Source: Trichosphaerium sp. ATCC 40318 (Eukaryota > Protista > Tubulinea). From it: 64,000 bases of DNA. Under the pieces are notes generated by a model. It was given only the letters and a program-made list of their open reading frames with translations. It had not been told where the DNA came from and did not search any database. The position numbers and the translations under genes were made by a program. This document shows positions 52,768-64,000 of this stretch, piece after piece. The number at the start of each line of letters is the position of its first letter. Position 1 is the first letter of the stretch. The stretch is taken from NCBI GenBank assembly GCA_038496445.1, contig JALMLS010000397.1:1-64000 (forward strand), written 5' to 3'.

Positions 52768-54487
52768 TCATTTCTTTTTATTTCCCATCAACAAAAAAAT
52801 ATCACAATCAGCAAGGTATTGCTTGATTGACATTATTTCTTTTTTATGTAACTTCAAAATAACACTTTTGAATAATTTTTTGTTTCCTTTAAAGTTTGAA
52901 AGCTCCTTAATCAAGAAAGGTTTCATTTCATCTAACGATGGGGATTCTATACCCAATTCATTCTCACAATTATCAATAACCCTCTTATATCTCTTTTCCC
53001 AGTCTTCAACAAGATTTAAAAACTTTGCTCTCATTTTCATGTACTCTTGTTTATACTTTGGGAAGTAAGTCAAAAACTCGTCACCTAAAATCTCTTTAAC
53101 TTCACAACCACACGCTAAAAATATATGACAGCATACCTTCGTTTGTACGAACAATTTGTAGAAGATGTTGAGCATTTTTTCCGTATTTATCACGTGGGTT
53201 CAAATGTGTCAATGCAACGTATTGAGGAGACTGGGAAAGAAAAAAATGAGAACAAGTAATTAACGTTCATTGCTTTACCTTAATCTTAACACGTTGAAAG
53301 TTCCTATCACATACTACAAATCCTTCACTCTCAACTGGATTTAGTTTTTGAGATGCAATAGATAACGCTTCAGGGTCATTTATATCAAAAACGGTTGGTG
53401 CCTATTTGCAAAAATAAGTCTTTCTTAATCATAAGTTACTGCGCTCACCTTCCATCCACATTCGCTTGCAACTTCCAAAGGATCTATACGAATGTATAAG
53501 CTTTAATTTTATATAAATAATCAGTACCAAGTTCTTCAAGTGTTGTCAAATCGCGAGCACCAAGAAAAACCAGTTCGTCTTTTTTTGGTCGTACTACAAT
53601 CACGTTTCTACAATGTACCATGAGATAAAAGATTATTTATATTCCCGTACTGAACAGATATCATTTCAAACATGTAACAGCGATTTGTATTACGTGGTTT
53701 CTTATAATCCATACGCTTCCAAATATCCCAAAATAACTGTCTAAAAACAAAATTTCCTCTTTTGTTGTACGCATTATATCCTAGACTTGAATGAGTCACC
53801 AAACGTTTATAATTCCCTGTCCATTTTTGTCATGGTATTAACAGAGAATAAAAAGCTTTTACTTCAACATTGACCAGTATACTTACCGATTACATCGCCA
53901 TCACCATCAACAGTTCCACTTAATTGAAAAAAAGAGGTTAGTTTTTTGTTCTATTTTTAGTGTATTGCAATGGTACCTGCTAGCCACGTGCCACTTATTT
54001 TTGTAGTAATATAGAGTTGCAATAGATCCATCTAGCTTTTCGTATACTTTTGCTGATTGCCAATCGATATCATGAGCTAGTGGCTCTTTGTAATTAAAAA
54101 ACTTCCGAAAAGGAAATGAAACAATATCCCAGTTATGTTCAGCGCTTAAAATCAAACCACGGCATTCACACGTTATAGGGTTTGTAAAATCGCAGCCAAA
54201 CTAAACGTTTTAGCGAGAAGCGTTTATACAATCTAAAAAAAGTCGTTTACGTTCTGATATTTAAACGAATAGAGCTCTGGGTTTATCTTTGAGCGTTTAA
54301 CTCTCACGTGGTGCTCTGTTTGAAGAGAAACAGTTACACCCTTCTCTCCTAAGCGTTGCGTGTTCTCTCGAAGGTATTTTTGTACTTGAAGAGGCTCTAA
54401 TAATGAAATTTGTATCAGAAAGGATTTAAAGCGTTGGTCGGTGCTTGTACCATGTTCTCTTTTGAAATTGTGTTTCTTGGCGCTCAT
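52768..54487 (-). CDS. T4 Rnl1-like ATP-dependent RNA ligase, multi-exon
   Basis: ECRGLIL, FPFRKFFNY, motif I YEKLDGS, YMFEM, motif IV EGFVV, motif V RVKIKSPQY. Confidence 0.9.
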
Positions 54488-54588
54488 TGCACTTATTCTG
54501 TGATTGTTGCAAGTTGTTTCTTAGTTCAAATTGTGTTTACCAATTGTTGACTTTTGAGGCTACCCACTAGCAATAATAGCGCTATACT

Positions 54589-55890
54589 ATGGCAGAATCT
54601 CCACCTGTCGCGCAATGGAGCAGTTTTGCGTGCGGTTTAGTCGATTTGAGGTATCGTTTAAATAATAATTGCTGTGACACTGCTGTAAACACGCGCTAGG
54701 ACTACTGAAGAGTTTTTTGAGCGTCATGTAGTAGAATCAACTTTAATTCCGTCAGAAAACTTGATCGAGCGCGGTATGTGGTAATATAGACGAAACTTAG
54801 TGTTTGTAGTTATGGAATTGCCACCTAAGGTATTAATTATTTAACAACACTCTAAAAACGCGGAATAGCACTCAAAAATTGCCTTACTTGGCTCTGAAAA
54901 ACAAATGGATGAGGTTAGATTGTTATTTAACTACTACGTACTAATTTCGTCAATACAGGCGGAAACTGAACTTGTAAACCGTAAATATATAATATCAGCG
55001 AAATATGAATCTACTGAGGAGTTTTGGAAGAGCGCAGAGGAAGCAGGCGTTGTGGAAAAACAGTCTGCCAAGTCAAAAATGTAAATATGCATAGTTCTTT
55101 GTCTCCACCTCTCTAATTGGCATATTCCAGGTTGTGGTTAGCATCACCTGTTCTGTATGGGGTAATTGATAGAATAGAAGCATTGAGGAAAGAGTCTGGA
55201 CTACCAAAGGGTGGTGTTGCACTTGATATTGCTTGTGGAAACGGTAAGAAAAAAATGAGAATAAAATATATTTGTTATTGGTCAATCCTTATTTGTGTTT
55301 TGTAGGGCGTGATTTGATGTTCCTTGAAATGAGAGGCTGGAAAACTATAGGGTTAGATAATAGTGAAAAACAGCTTGGACGTGCTAAGAGAACAGCTCCT
55401 TATTACAAAGTTAATCCTCGACTTGAAAATATCGATTTAATTAAAGAGTATAACACCATTGCAGAAAGGTTTGGTCCCGTTGATTTGGTAAATGTTGCAC
55501 GATTCCTTCAACGTAATTTATTTGATGAGATAAAGTACGTACGGTATTGAAACCTATTTTTCAAGCTTGTTTGATTTGTCAAACGAAAGATGTTAAGGTT
55601 GATATATTTATGGCTTATTGGTTTATCTAGAGCTTCTCTGAAGTGTGGAGGATTTGTTGTCTATCATACTTTCATGTTTGGTTGTAAAAAGCCTCGTAGA
55701 GAACGGTTTCTTTTACAACCAAATGAGCTAGCATCTTTTTTTAAAGGTAGACAAAACAAAAAAGACAAATCAATCTATTCCTTCTTTACCAATGACATAA
55801 ATAGGTTGGGAAATTATTGAAGATAAGACTGTGAATATAGAAGATGGTAGAGAACTATCCTACTTTTGTGCCAGAAAACCCACAGAGTAA
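54589..55890 (+). CDS. Rhodanese-like domain fused to a class I SAM methyltransferase (TehB-like)
   Basis: LVDLRTTEEFFERHVVESTLIP...YELPP, then RLWLASPVL, LDIACGNGRD, VARFLQR, GGFVVYHTF, LLQPNEL. Confidence 0.85.
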
Positions 55891-56084
55891 ATTTTATGAT
55901 TCGAAAAAAAAAGAAAAAAAAAATTTACATAACGAAATAAAACCAACTTCAAATCTTCCGTTTTCTCTAACACGTGTGCCTTAAATTAAAACAAATACAT
56001 CGCTCAAAACAGGGATATATATAAGCTATTGGATAGGGTATTGTTTGATGTAAATAGATGCCTTTCAGGCGTTTAAAAAATTAT

Positions 56085-58112
56085 TTACTTTTTTTCTTCT
56101 TCTCTTTTTTTTGTTGCTTTTTTGAACGCAGAAACAAAACTAGAAATTTGCATTGCATCAGGAGGAAAGCATCCAGGATGTTTAATCATCTCGCCCATAA
56201 GTTCACCAGCAATCTTTTGTTCATTATGAACAGACGTTAACGCTAAAAGACGCGTTAAAGCAGAAATATCATTAAACAATGATCATAAGCTTAAAAAATG
56301 ACTTCACGCTTGTTTTAATACGTACCAAGGAGTGTTGCAAAGCTTGTAGGATTTGGGATTACTTTCTCTTTATTCATGACTGTGAATAGTGTGAACGCCT
56401 GGTGAGGCCTGTCGTATAATCCACAAAGATTAAAGGCGCAATTATATCCGTCTGCCGTTGGAGATAATCCAAAATCTTCAATGTTTTTAAAAGTTGACAG
56501 CGCTTCGTCTATTTCTCCTTGTTCTCCTTGTAGTTCCATTAACGCGATTAGGCTTGACTCAGGAGGTTTTGTTGTCTTGTGAAGACGTTCAAATTCTTCA
56601 TGAGCAAATTTTGCGTCCCTAGAGCGCATAGGTACAATGTTGGAGTGTTGGAGGAACAACGTACTTGATGTGGGGTATTTTATCGTTAAACACCTTCCAT
56701 TTATCTGTTGATACCTCAGAGAGGTCTTTGTACGCTCGTATATCCGCTGCTATTGAAAATTTAGCAAAAAGACCTCTAGCCACTCACACAACCTGTACAG
56801 AACCTTCTTGTTGTTACTCTGACGTTTCCTGAGTATTTTGCTTTGATCTGGGTTTTACTTCGCACAGCGGCTACTCTACGCATGTAATGAAGTCTCATTG
56901 CTTACAATGACACGTCCAAGTGCTTTTTGTACTTAATTGTGGTAGCACTTAGTCACATTTTCTGCAGCCTTCAAGGTAACAATGTTGCTTTCGTTATTCT
57001 TGTTTTTTTGGAAATCATTCACGTCCATACCGTACACTATTTTACGTGTACTCTATTGTGACGTTATTTCACTGCGGTTTGCTGAACAACTGCTTTTTTG
57101 TATGACTTTTTCTTTAATTGGACAGCAGTCGATTATCCAGCGTGTACTAGTTTTGACAGTTTTACTTGGTTCCCTTAGGAAACAAATGGATTCCTATGGA
57201 TAGAACAAATTCCTTTTTAAGAATACAGTCTCAGTTTAGAGTACATTCACAACAAGACACAACTACTAACAACGATGGCAACATCTCCTCTTTTTTTTCG
57301 CTTGTAGCCTGATACCAATGCTCCAGGGGCACAATGGCGGATGGCGTAGAGTTTAGATATACTGTGTTGAATAACGTACTGTAGAGGGATACTCTCTTTA
57401 ACAAAATCTTGGTATGCACGTGTAAGAATCTCGTTTTGGTTTGGATCATGTGCACACGACTAGTCAGTTTTTTAATCTATACTAATGGTTACCTAGAACG
57501 CTGTTGCGGCTGCCAAGAAAGAAGATTTGTTGAATGCAACACTGGCAAAAGGTGTCACATCTCCTACTAAAAGAAAACTCGAATGTCGAAACAATAGGCG
57601 CTAATAACGCTCAGTGCTAACGAATTCGATAGATAAAAAGTACTCTTGGGTCAGTACACAATTGTTAAATAAAAAGGCTTTTGCACAAAGGCAAAAGCAG
57701 CAATTATTGCTCATTATTATAGAGGCAAACAAATGGTGCAGCGCGCATGTGATCACGAATTTGGTAGTGGTTCAAGATGGTCGGATTGTAACATGTCTGA
57801 ATAAGTTCACAACAAAAGAAAATTTGCCTATGAACTGTTAATATTTTCGTGCAACTCTTAGAAGGCGCACGTGACAGATTATAGCTTTAATGAGAAGTAT
57901 TTTACCATTGGTCGCCGTGGTTACGGAACTGAAGGCCATAGTAATGCGTGTAGCTTCTCAATAGCTAGTACTTTATCATACTGTTCACTTCTCTGCGTAA
58001 AGCTGAAGTCGTTTCGTAGCACGTGCCAACCGAGAACTTAGCTGTGATTCCAGGGTTTTTTATTTAATTCGATTTACCAAAAGTAAAAGTTATGACTGAA
58101 CATGAAAGACAT
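56085..58112 (-). CDS. Pentatricopeptide-repeat (PPR) protein, probably mitochondrial
   Basis: 35-aa repeats SLIALMELQGEQGEIDEALSTFKNIEDFGLSPTAD / GYNCAFNLCGLYDRPHQAFTLFTVMNKEKVIPNPT. Tentative start MSFMFSHNFYFL|LSSRLARATKRLQL looks like a transit peptide. The 5' exon chain is not fully resolved. Confidence 0.7.
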
Positions 58113-58168
58113 TTCAGACGTTTGGTCAGAACGAACTTGACTATCAAATTGTGACCAACAAGACCAAC

Positions 58169-58424
58169 TCAGGATAGCAAGCAGAAATCACCCTCCCACC
58201 GCACCCTTAATAATTTGGAAAACTTTTCTCAAAACTAAATTTATTTTCGAAAACTTTATTTTACATTTCGCGACCGTGTATTTTTTGTAAATAAACCACA
58301 CACGCTCGCTCTGCGCTAGAGCTATCTGTCAGGGACAGATGTGTTCCTCTCCTCCCAAGATCGTCTCCGCTGATTGATTGGCACAGGTCTGATCTAAATG
58401 ATGTTGAGATCCTAACCTTGGCAT
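58169..58424 (-). CDS. Putative spliced 36-aa peptide ending in a CaaX box (small gene or uORF of the PPR gene)
   Basis: Exons 58424-58417, 58369-58304 and 58205-58169 give MPSGDDLGRRGTHLSLTDSSSAERAVRWEGDFCLLS*. Both introns are GT-AG. Confidence 0.4.
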
Positions 58425-58504
58425 TCTACAATTTTCTAGATGTATTCGTTGTAAAAGTCAGTTACACAAGCTGTAAAAACTGTCTCGCCAAAGCCTAACA
58501 TGCA

Positions 58505-59698
58505 ATGGAGCGGCTAGAATCTACAAGTTTAGACTCCATAGATGAGATAATACGCAAAGTGAGCATCTACAATAGTCTATAACAGAACTTACGCGTTTGG
58601 TAGGTCAAACTATTAGCTGCGTTTATTAAGCAGGCAAAATACATATGCGCATATACTGGGGCTGGTGTAAGGCCGTTTTATTAGATTACAGTCCGTAATA
58701 CGTTAGTAGATAAGTACAAGCGCCAATATTCCGGACTACACAGGTCCAAACGGTATATGGACTAAAAAACGCGATTTAAGCACTTTACGAGAACGTTTTG
58801 AATCAGCTCAACCAACTGTACTTTGAAGCCACTAAAACGCTTGATCACTCAATCAATAGGTAACACATAATGCGTTAGTGACACTAGAGAAGCTAGGGTA
58901 CTTGAAATTCATTATAAGCACTACAATAGGTACAATGACAAACACGAAAAACACGTGCCTTATTTTTTTTTGAAGATGGACTTCATCTTCGCTCTGGATT
59001 TCCAAGTGTAAAGGCAAGGAGTTTTTGCGAGTTTAGTACGTTACTGATGCATAAAAAGCTTGCAGAGATGCATGGGAATGCTTATCTAAGGCGTTGTGAA
59101 AAGTGTCGAATGAAACAAAAATCGAAATGTTCAATTGGTGCAAGAAACGAAGGTAGCTTGTGGAGTCATTAAGTTTGTTCTAACATTCATAACTAGACAT
59201 TCAATGCTCCTGTGGTGGTATCCTACGTATGTAATAACATCTAATTGTAGTGCTTAACCTACAGAAGAAGACAGCGTTGTACCCTTTGGTCACGATCTTC
59301 CTGAAGTTGAATTTGCTTTAGCCGGAGAGCATTCTTGGAAAGTACGTATTGTTCTTCCACAGTTTGTTGTAGTTACCTTCGTTTATTTTAGTCGGATTTT
59401 GCTCTGGTTCTTGGGACATCAATGCGTGTAGCACCTGCTAATAAGCTACCTTGCTATAGCTATAAGAAAAATAATGGGAAAATGGTTATTGTGAACCTAG
59501 AAGAAACACCTTGTGCGTTTTTGTTTATCAGCATTTTACTTGTTACTCTCTTGGTGACAATGTAATGGTACTAACTGTTATCTAGTTGATTCAGATGCTA
59601 CACTTAAGATTTCTGCTACTACAGACAGAGTAATGTCACTACTAATGGAGGAGCTCGAGAAGAACAATGATAAAAACAGTGTGTTTCACAACCTGTAA
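58505..59698 (+). CDS. Sirtuin, class IV (SIRT6/7-like), with divergent motifs
   Basis: YTGAGISTSANIPDY, DGLHLRSG, EMHGN, CEKC...CSC, LGTSMRVAPA, IVNL. Confidence 0.92.
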
Positions 59699-59852
59699 TA
59701 CAAAAAACAACCTTTAGAAATACTAGGAAAGAATGTACTGAAGAGTCAGAGGTAAAACTTCAATTATGCCTTTGGTTCTGTGAATTGATGGAAATTTATT
59801 GTTGAAATACTTATGTGCTAATTAAAACGCTTGCTTTTGTCTGACCATGTAA

Positions 59853-61248
59853 TCACGCATGTATGCGGTTAATATACTCTCTCAAGGATTTAACAAACTC
59901 GACGCTACTCAAATGTAGAATCTTGGAAGGTTCTTTTTCGTAGAACGAGCACTCCACCATGCCCTCGCGTAGCAATGTATTTTGTACGAAGTTACACGTC
60001 GATGCCCACCGAGCTGGGTGAGTTACGTTAAAAGTCCAGTGAGGAGTGGACTCGTTTTCGAGAGTTGTTATCCATCTATAGAGCTGAAGTAAGTATCTCG
60101 GGTTTTCATCGTAAAGGAAAACAAAAAAAACTTAGACTATTTACCTCTTTAAGGCTTTACGGCCACTCTGTAAATCGTGGGCTTTGCAAGTTTTTAATAC
60201 CTTTAGTATCAATGTAGAACGTATGAATAATTCAGGATCACTAAAACAACAAAAGATGTAAGGAGTGATTTCCGAAAACAATTTTGGTTTTTTTTTTCAA
60301 TCATACGACACTTCAAACACGTTTTCTCGTTTCTGTTTTACACCCAGTTTGAGATGCTATAAAAAAGTCAGTTCTACATTGATTTATACTATTGGGTAAA
60401 TTTATACGTACCACAACTAGTGCTAGTACAGTAAGAACACTCGCTTTGGATTTGCCTAGGAGCTTAACCATATCTAAAAAGTAGTTGGTAAAAATAGAGC
60501 TCTAGACAAGGTCAACTCTTCATTTTGGTAAACTGGGTCAACTCGGGTTTATGCTATCAACGACGTACTGCTTGAAGGTTGGGGTATTGAAATTTTAGGT
60601 GTAGCCCAAGGCGTCTTGTTTTTTGGTTTTCCTGGATAATTATTGGTGTGAACGATATTCAACTTTGGAAGATCTGGGAGAAGACTCATCTCTAAACCTT
60701 AGTGTTAGGTAGTGAAAGCAACAAAATCATAATTACCTGGTAAAATATGCTCCTTTTGGTAAGGTGAGGGTTTAGCTCCTTTGCAAATATTTCTTTTTTT
60801 CGCTTGTGAGTCATTTTGGGTGTAGATTCGCTTACGCTTTTTCAGTACTTGAATTTGAGATAAATTGTTGGACATTAAGTTTGTGTTTTCGTCATGCCGT
60901 GAATCTGTACTTAGTAGTGCTACATGAAATAGCTCTCCGAGGTCTACAGTTGTTTAAAAACTATGAAAATAAAAACTAGCATACCCTTGCTTGGTATAAA
61001 TGCAGAGGCCTGGTCAAAAGCATCTCGTGCTGCTGTAGTCGCCAATGGACCAAACCGGAACCCCGTAGGCCTAAACAAAACGATTACGATCAAGGTCCTT
61101 TAACTAAAGAAATTTGAGAAAAGATACTTCCTTCTGACTTGTATGCAAATATTTGCTTGTACCCACATAGAAATGAACCCTCTGTCTTCATATACCAATG
61201 CTCTACATCAAAACTCAGCCACGTTTTTGTGTAATCGACTGTGTTCAT
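59853..61248 (-). CDS. Hypothetical protein, multi-exon
   Basis: In-frame exon chain MNTVDYTKTWLSFDVEHWY...FEVSDPELF...RKALKRW...YINRIHA*. Function unknown. Confidence 0.6.
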
Positions 61249-61346
61249 GTGTTGTTGCTGTTGTTGTTGCTACATTATTTTTTTAGTATCATTTTCGGTT
61301 CACAGTTTTTGGGAACACTTTTCGATAAAATTGTGTGTTGAGTCAT

Positions 61347-61691
61347 ATGCCGCGCAGAAAGAAATGTATTCTATTTGAAGCTATTGTTCCGGGATTATTT
61401 GTTTCGAGTACGCTAAGGGCAAGTAAAGATGTCGAAAGGAACTTCCTTACCAAGTTCAGTGAACGTTAGAACGAAAAACCGCAGCGTCAAAACATAAAGA
61501 CAACAAAAAAGTGTCACATTCTAACGTTCACTGAATAGCAGAGGTCTTTTTCCAACAATCAAAGCGTAAACTTTGTTTTTTGGTTTTTTTGTCTAGGTTA
61601 CTATACAAGGACGTTGTGTGAGGGTGAGTCGAGGCGTGGCCGGTTTAACGTACGAACAGCGTCAATACTACCTCATGACGCTTGGGAGTAA
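61347..61691 (+). CDS. 58-aa protein, possibly a divergent mitochondrial ribosomal protein bL33
   Basis: Exons 61347-61464, 61597-61623 and 61660-61691 give MPRRKKCILFEAIVPGLFVSSTLRASKDVERNFLTKFSERYYTRTLCEASILPHDAWE*. Size, basic N-terminus and LxKF...TL pattern recall bL33. Confidence 0.5.
61455..61535. repeat. Perfect 17-bp inverted repeat with a 47-nt spacer
   Basis: ttcagtgaacgttagaa (61455-61471) and ttctaacgttcactgaa (61519-61535). Confidence 0.97.
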
Positions 61692-61865
61692 CAGTACCGT
61701 ACTATCGGTGTATTTACCTTCAAACTGACCGTTAACGGACCTTTTAAAGTTATGAGGCTTCTTTCTACGTACTTGAGGTGCGCGAGTGGTTTCTATAAAG
61801 CTCGACGCTTTTTGAGCCTAAAGCAAACGATATAATTTAGTCAAAAACGCAGTTCGTGTATCATA

Positions 61866-63087
61866 ATGGCGACTCCTGTTATAATAGACACGGATCCAGG
61901 CGGTATAATCCAAGTTTAAGGTCTATGTGTTAATTTTGTGTAGTTGACGACGCTTTCGCTATACTGCTAGCATTAGCGTCTAAAGAACTCTTAGTTGTAG
62001 GAATAACAATAGTTCAAGGCAACATTGCTAATACGGCTCAAATGGCTAAAAACGCTTGTAAAATACTAGATGTGGCGAAGAAACGCGACATACCTGTAAA
62101 TTACAGCTACTACGACAATGTTTTTGATTTTTTTCTTACACCAAAGAGGTCTACGTTGGTGACTCTGTGCCTCTGGTACGTCCTAGTGGTTCAAGCGACC
62201 ACTGTGTACATGGCAAAGACGGCATGGGTGACGCAGGCACGCCAGGTTAAAAACCAAGTAACTGATGGTTTCTAGGGATACCAGAGTCATCTATAAAGCC
62301 TCAAGCCACATCAGCTGTTGATTTTATTGTTGACACTTGTGTCAATAAATACCCAAACAAAATTAGGCTGATTACAATTGGGTGCGATTTACGTTTTTTC
62401 TGTTGGATCTTACTTTACTTGTAGACCTTTTACAAACATTGCCAAGGCCTGCCAGACTTTTCCTGATCTTCCAAAATATGTAAAGGGTGTCTACAGCATG
62501 GCTGGAGCAGTTGGTTACCCTGGGAATCGCTCGCCTGCTGCTGAATGCAATGGTATTTTTTTTTTGACACATTCTTGTTTTTAACCACTACTGACTTATT
62601 AGTCCTTCTCGATCCAGAGGCTGCCAAGATAGTATTCAATAGTGGTACGACATAAAACAAGCTTTTGAAATAATCACGTGACAAACACGTGTTAGAATGG
62701 ACGATACATCTATCAGCACTAAATATTACGAATACAATTTTTTTACAAGATGAATTTTTTGAAGAACTGACAAGAGTCAACAAAGACGTTGGAGATTTTA
62801 TGAAGAAAATAAGTAACCCTTATATACAGTTTTATGTAAAGGCGTATAACAAACATGAATGGGGTTGTCATGATCCAACAGCAGTGATGACACTTTTAGA
62901 GCCAGATTTATTCACATCAAAAAAAATAACAGTTGATGTCGAAATAGAGGGTAAAGTAGCCCTTGGTGCAACTATTGGAGACTTTACAAACAGATGGGGA
63001 AGAAAAAAGAACGTTGAATTATATACTAGTGTTAACATTGAAGCATACAAGAAAGCAATGCTTCGGCGTTTTGCCAGAAAACAATAA
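61866..63087 (+). CDS. Inosine/uridine-preferring nucleoside hydrolase
   Basis: IIDTDPGVDD, GITIVQGN, VHGKDGMGD, DPEAA, HDPTAV. Confidence 0.95.
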
Positions 63088-63266
63088 AAATTTTCGAGTG
63101 GTATGAGTTGTAACCTTTTCTTTGGTTCTGTTTGCAAGTACTTAAACAAACGTAAACCTACTATCAGCCTAGCGAAAGAGTTACAATTGAAACAACATAT
63201 TTTAGTCACGTGCTAAGTCAGCAACGAAGAAATTTCTTTAAGTTTCCACTTTTGCTGAAAGCACAA

Positions 63267-64000
63267 ATGTCAGCGAATACGCAAGCAAAACTCACGCAAA
63301 GCGACGTGGATGATCTTACTTCGTCTCTAAACGCTGAATTTGGCAAATACGGCTATGAAACAAGGCCATTTCTCGTACGTAGTACAAATGACGTTTTTAG
63401 GCCCTAATACGCTATAGCTGTCGTGGTACAATGAGTTGGTGATTACTAAGCCACAAGGAGACAAATATGTTCTTAATCCTTCCAATGCGCTTGCATTTTG
63501 CGTTGCTAGTAACCACGCTATGTTTGACAACTTTAAAAAGTGGTACAGACAAAAAGTTAAAGTTGAAGGAGCAGACGTTCGCAAAACGTCCGCAATCGAT
63601 CTATGTACCAAGGACCACATGAACATGGTCGCATCTAGCGTATTGGCGAAACATAACAAGGACATTAAAATACTCTACGACTCTGATATTGGTCCCAATA
63701 GGCGCCCATTGGTGTGTTAAGTATTCAACATGCGTGTTAATGTCTATCTAAGGTTTTGGTCCAAACAGCCGGTCACGTATCAGGATTGGCGCGATATTAC
63801 CAACAGGATGATGTAAAGAATCCGCCAGAGATGTGGAAGACCAAGAAAGTCTATGGTTCATCAGTACACGCTAAATATGGAGGTAACAAAATAGAAAGTT
63901 ATTTCCATGCACCAGTTTTTTTACTTAGTTTATGTCAACAAAGGTTGGTTTGCATTTCGTGCTGTGATCATATTGCCTTCAGTAACAGCATCTATAAATA
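63267..64000 (+). CDS. MMACHC: Cobalamin-processing enzyme CblC; 3' end runs out of the window
   Basis: GYETRPFL|LSWYN, PNRRPL|VLVQTAGHVSG, VHAKYG|GWFAFRAVI. Confidence 0.92.

Noticed and set aside
58169-58335. Antizyme-like TCC-TGA and CCC-TGA +1 frameshift sites
   Set aside because: The +1 frames close within 2-8 codons and no antizyme ORF2 motifs follow.
1-64000. CRISPR arrays, rRNA, tRNA, spliceosomal snRNAs, transposase or RT ORFs
   Set aside because: None recognised by eye. Short RNA genes could still have been missed without covariance-model searches.

Overview
Gene-dense, AT-rich (about 35% GC by eye) eukaryotic nuclear DNA. It has many short GT-AG introns (mostly 35-100 nt), appears to use the standard genetic code, and has compact head-to-head gene pairs. 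The gene content suggests a free-living protist, probably an amoebozoan (inference). Recognisable spliced genes: A1 aspartic protease, exportin-4, TANGO2, IAH1, an SDR, questin-oxidase-like protein, SH3 protein, MAK16, carotenoid oxygenase, p47/UBX, SPC25, YjjX-type ITPase, T4 Rnl1-like RNA ligase, rhodanese-methyltransferase, PPR protein, sirtuin, nucleoside hydrolase and MMACHC. Accessory content: an expanded intron-poor F-box/LRR family, an inverted 1.4-kb duplication of a secreted-protein gene, a secreted protein with a 368-aa Tyr/Asp/His tail, and a foreign-looking ORF with an (AnC) tail. Signals not shown by the ORF track: (1) a possible spliced 36-codon ORF ending in a CaaX box, built like fungal lipopeptide pheromone precursors; (2) a perfect 17-bp inverted repeat able to mask the 5' splice site of a small bL33-like gene; (3) strong enrichment of the palindrome CACGTG, mostly in non-coding DNA; (4) GC-AG and candidate U12-type introns. 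All gene models were spliced by eye and are unverified.
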